From positions 1 to 64,000 of the forward strand of contig KZ538300.1 of NCBI GenBank assembly GCA_000934665.2: a stretch of DNA of 64,000 nucleotides, given 5' to 3'. Origin of the DNA: Catajapyx aquilonaris. Taxonomy: Eukaryota. A model generated the notes under the pieces. That model searched no databases and was not told the DNA's origin. It worked only from the letters and a program-made list of their open reading frames with translations. This document shows positions 61,820-64,000 of the stretch, one piece after another. The position numbers and the translations under genes are program-made. Positions within the stretch are counted from its first letter, which is position 1. The number at the start of each line of letters is the position of its first letter.

Positions 61820-64000
61820 GTATGTGCAGTGATAGTTGATGGCAGGGTCTAGTACATTGCCACGTGATTCCTTTGAATTTACCATCATGAGTGATTGCCC
61901 TCTATACAAGACCAGCAGGCATGGGGTGGTATACAAACAAGTGCCAACCAAATAGGGTCGCTATAAAATTTTCCATTTTAAAGCTGGTTATAATAACTCG
62001 GTGGACATCATAAGGATGTGACGCCACAAGGAAGCTGTAGAGCAATTTCCTAGTTTCTATTTACATGCGGCGTGATTATTGGGCGTGATTCTAACTCGCA
62101 AATTTTTTTCTCCGTAACAATGCTTGTGACGCACTGCTTCATGTAGTTCCCCCCAAATGACCTTGCCCGTGATTCGTGACCGAACTTCCCAACTCGATTT
62201 CAAGCGTAATGTGAGTTTCGTAGCTTTATTTATGGGTAGACAATAAATAAAGCGGAAAAACCTGTGCAAAATGTGCGATGCATGATTTCAGTATATAGTC
62301 TCGGTGCAAAACTACCATGTTGCAAGTCTCAGCTGATATCCGCACGCCACCCAAGAAATGACAATAGTTGTGTGCACCACATGTTCAGGTATCTGTTGGA
62401 GCCGTATACAACATACTGCTCGGGCATGCGATATAAAGACCGCGAGGGGGGGAAAGCCACATGAACTTACTGACAATCCGGCAACAAATCTGATTCGAAA
62501 TTTAGGTTCGTTCGATATGCATCTTGTGATTCCGAAGTAAACTGTACGTCGCAATTAGGAGCTGTAGGACAGTTAAAGTGGAAGGTCGGGAAGGCAAGGA
62601 CGTGACTGCTGCGAAAAAGAAATTGCCGAGAGAGAAATAGAAGTAGGACCGTCCTGCCCCAACTACTCGAACCTTCCAAAATGAGGACTTTCATTGCGAA
62701 TGGATTGCGAGAAGTGATGTTATGAAAGACATTCACAATGGGATCGAGAGGTGTATAGAGGAGATTATGGGATTTCTAAATGGGTCTTGACACGGAACAA
62801 TGGGCACGATTTTTTTTCCTCGCTTATTTTCCTCCGGCAGATAAGAAATGAGGAAAATGTCTTACTAAAAAATTGGCAGATTATTACAGAAATATCCGTG
62901 CTCGATTTGAAAAATTACGGTCTACTTGATTTCACATTATTGGCTCTATATGGAGTGAGCTTATCTGTACAAAAACATCTGCAGCGCCGGCAAACAAAAG
63001 CCCACTGATTCCGATAATCACAATAGCATCTGACAATGCATTCCTATCTAATTCCCTTGCACAATAATATTATTCGTAAAAATGGCACAGGCACACGATG
63101 CATGGTGGTGTTTATTGACTGAAAAAAACAAGCGGATATTGCTCAATAGACCTGATCGGAAAGGTACTGCATATATGTGCAGCTTTATGGCTTTACTGAT
63201 AACAATATTTTTCATGTCACTCCCGCACACTATTTAATAGCTAGAGCTCTTTTCTAACACCGTGTCAACATAAGAGCTTATGTTGATATGGTGTTAAAGA
63301 ATCGTACGGTCATGAAGAAATGGCACTTTGCCAAATGACAACGAGACAATGTCAATGATATTTCCAACATTCACTTTCCTAGCTTCTCATCAATAGAATA
63401 CGGGAACCGGTATATGCAAAGGCAGCCCTCATTAAATGACTGCGCATAATTTGTTCATTTGGCCTTTAAAGATCGTATAGATAGATTCTTCCAACGCAAT
63501 TCTAAAGAAGAGGCTGGAGGGGGAAGGGGGGATGTTCTCGTGCGATAAGCTTAATGAATTTGGAATTCGATAAGATTGCTGCAATAATTCTGCAAGAAAG
63601 AACCAAGGGAAAATCCGTCGAGATTCCTGTTTCTTCGTTGCTTCTTTGATCCGGGATCAGCCTCTCCCTCCCCTTCCTCTCCCATCCACCCTCCCCACCC
63701 CCCTGCAAAAAAAACTGCGAAGATTTCATTCCATTTTTCTCCTTTCAAGGCTTACCCCAGAGATCCTTTATTATTTCAAAATGAAAATCTATATCCCCCG
63801 ACGTCAAGTATGGAGGCTCAGCTGTAATATACACAATAGGACATTTAACAAAACGCTTTCAGCGTAGACAGTAGAAAAAAGAAATGAAAAATTTAATTTG
63901 TCATCAACAAGTGTGACGAAGAACAACCATGACTGCATTAATATGTGTTGGACAACAATTGCACCACCATCATTATTAGTGAAAGTTATGCAGTAATGGC

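Overview
Eukaryotic, intron-rich invertebrate DNA, most likely arthropod; the taxon is inferred from a divergent ionotropic receptor and an Hr78/TR4-type receptor. Left to right: (1) a 2.2-kb foldback element (625-2804) whose ~960-bp inverted arms carry tRNA-like Pol III modules and a perfect DR1 site; (2) an Hr78/TR2-TR4 nuclear receptor gene on the minus strand (CDS 6028-8998, probable non-coding first exon ~17 kb upstream); (3) WDR4/Trm82, head-to-head with it; (4) a low-molecular-weight tyrosine phosphatase (ACP1-like, minus) with an unusual Ser/Lys/Arg-rich N-terminal exon; (5) a small SMKR1-like gene, head-to-head with the phosphatase and not recoverable as one ORF; (6) a tandem array of at least five monoglyceride-lipase-like genes. 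The lipases have long, basic N-terminal leaders; three have a GC-AG intron splitting the catalytic GxSxG motif, and two show a probable gene-conversion tract. An intronless divergent ionotropic receptor lies inside the array. Several MITEs, tRNA-derived SINEs (one nested pair) and a truncated LINE are resolved with their target-site duplications. All exon models were read by eye and no database search was run.
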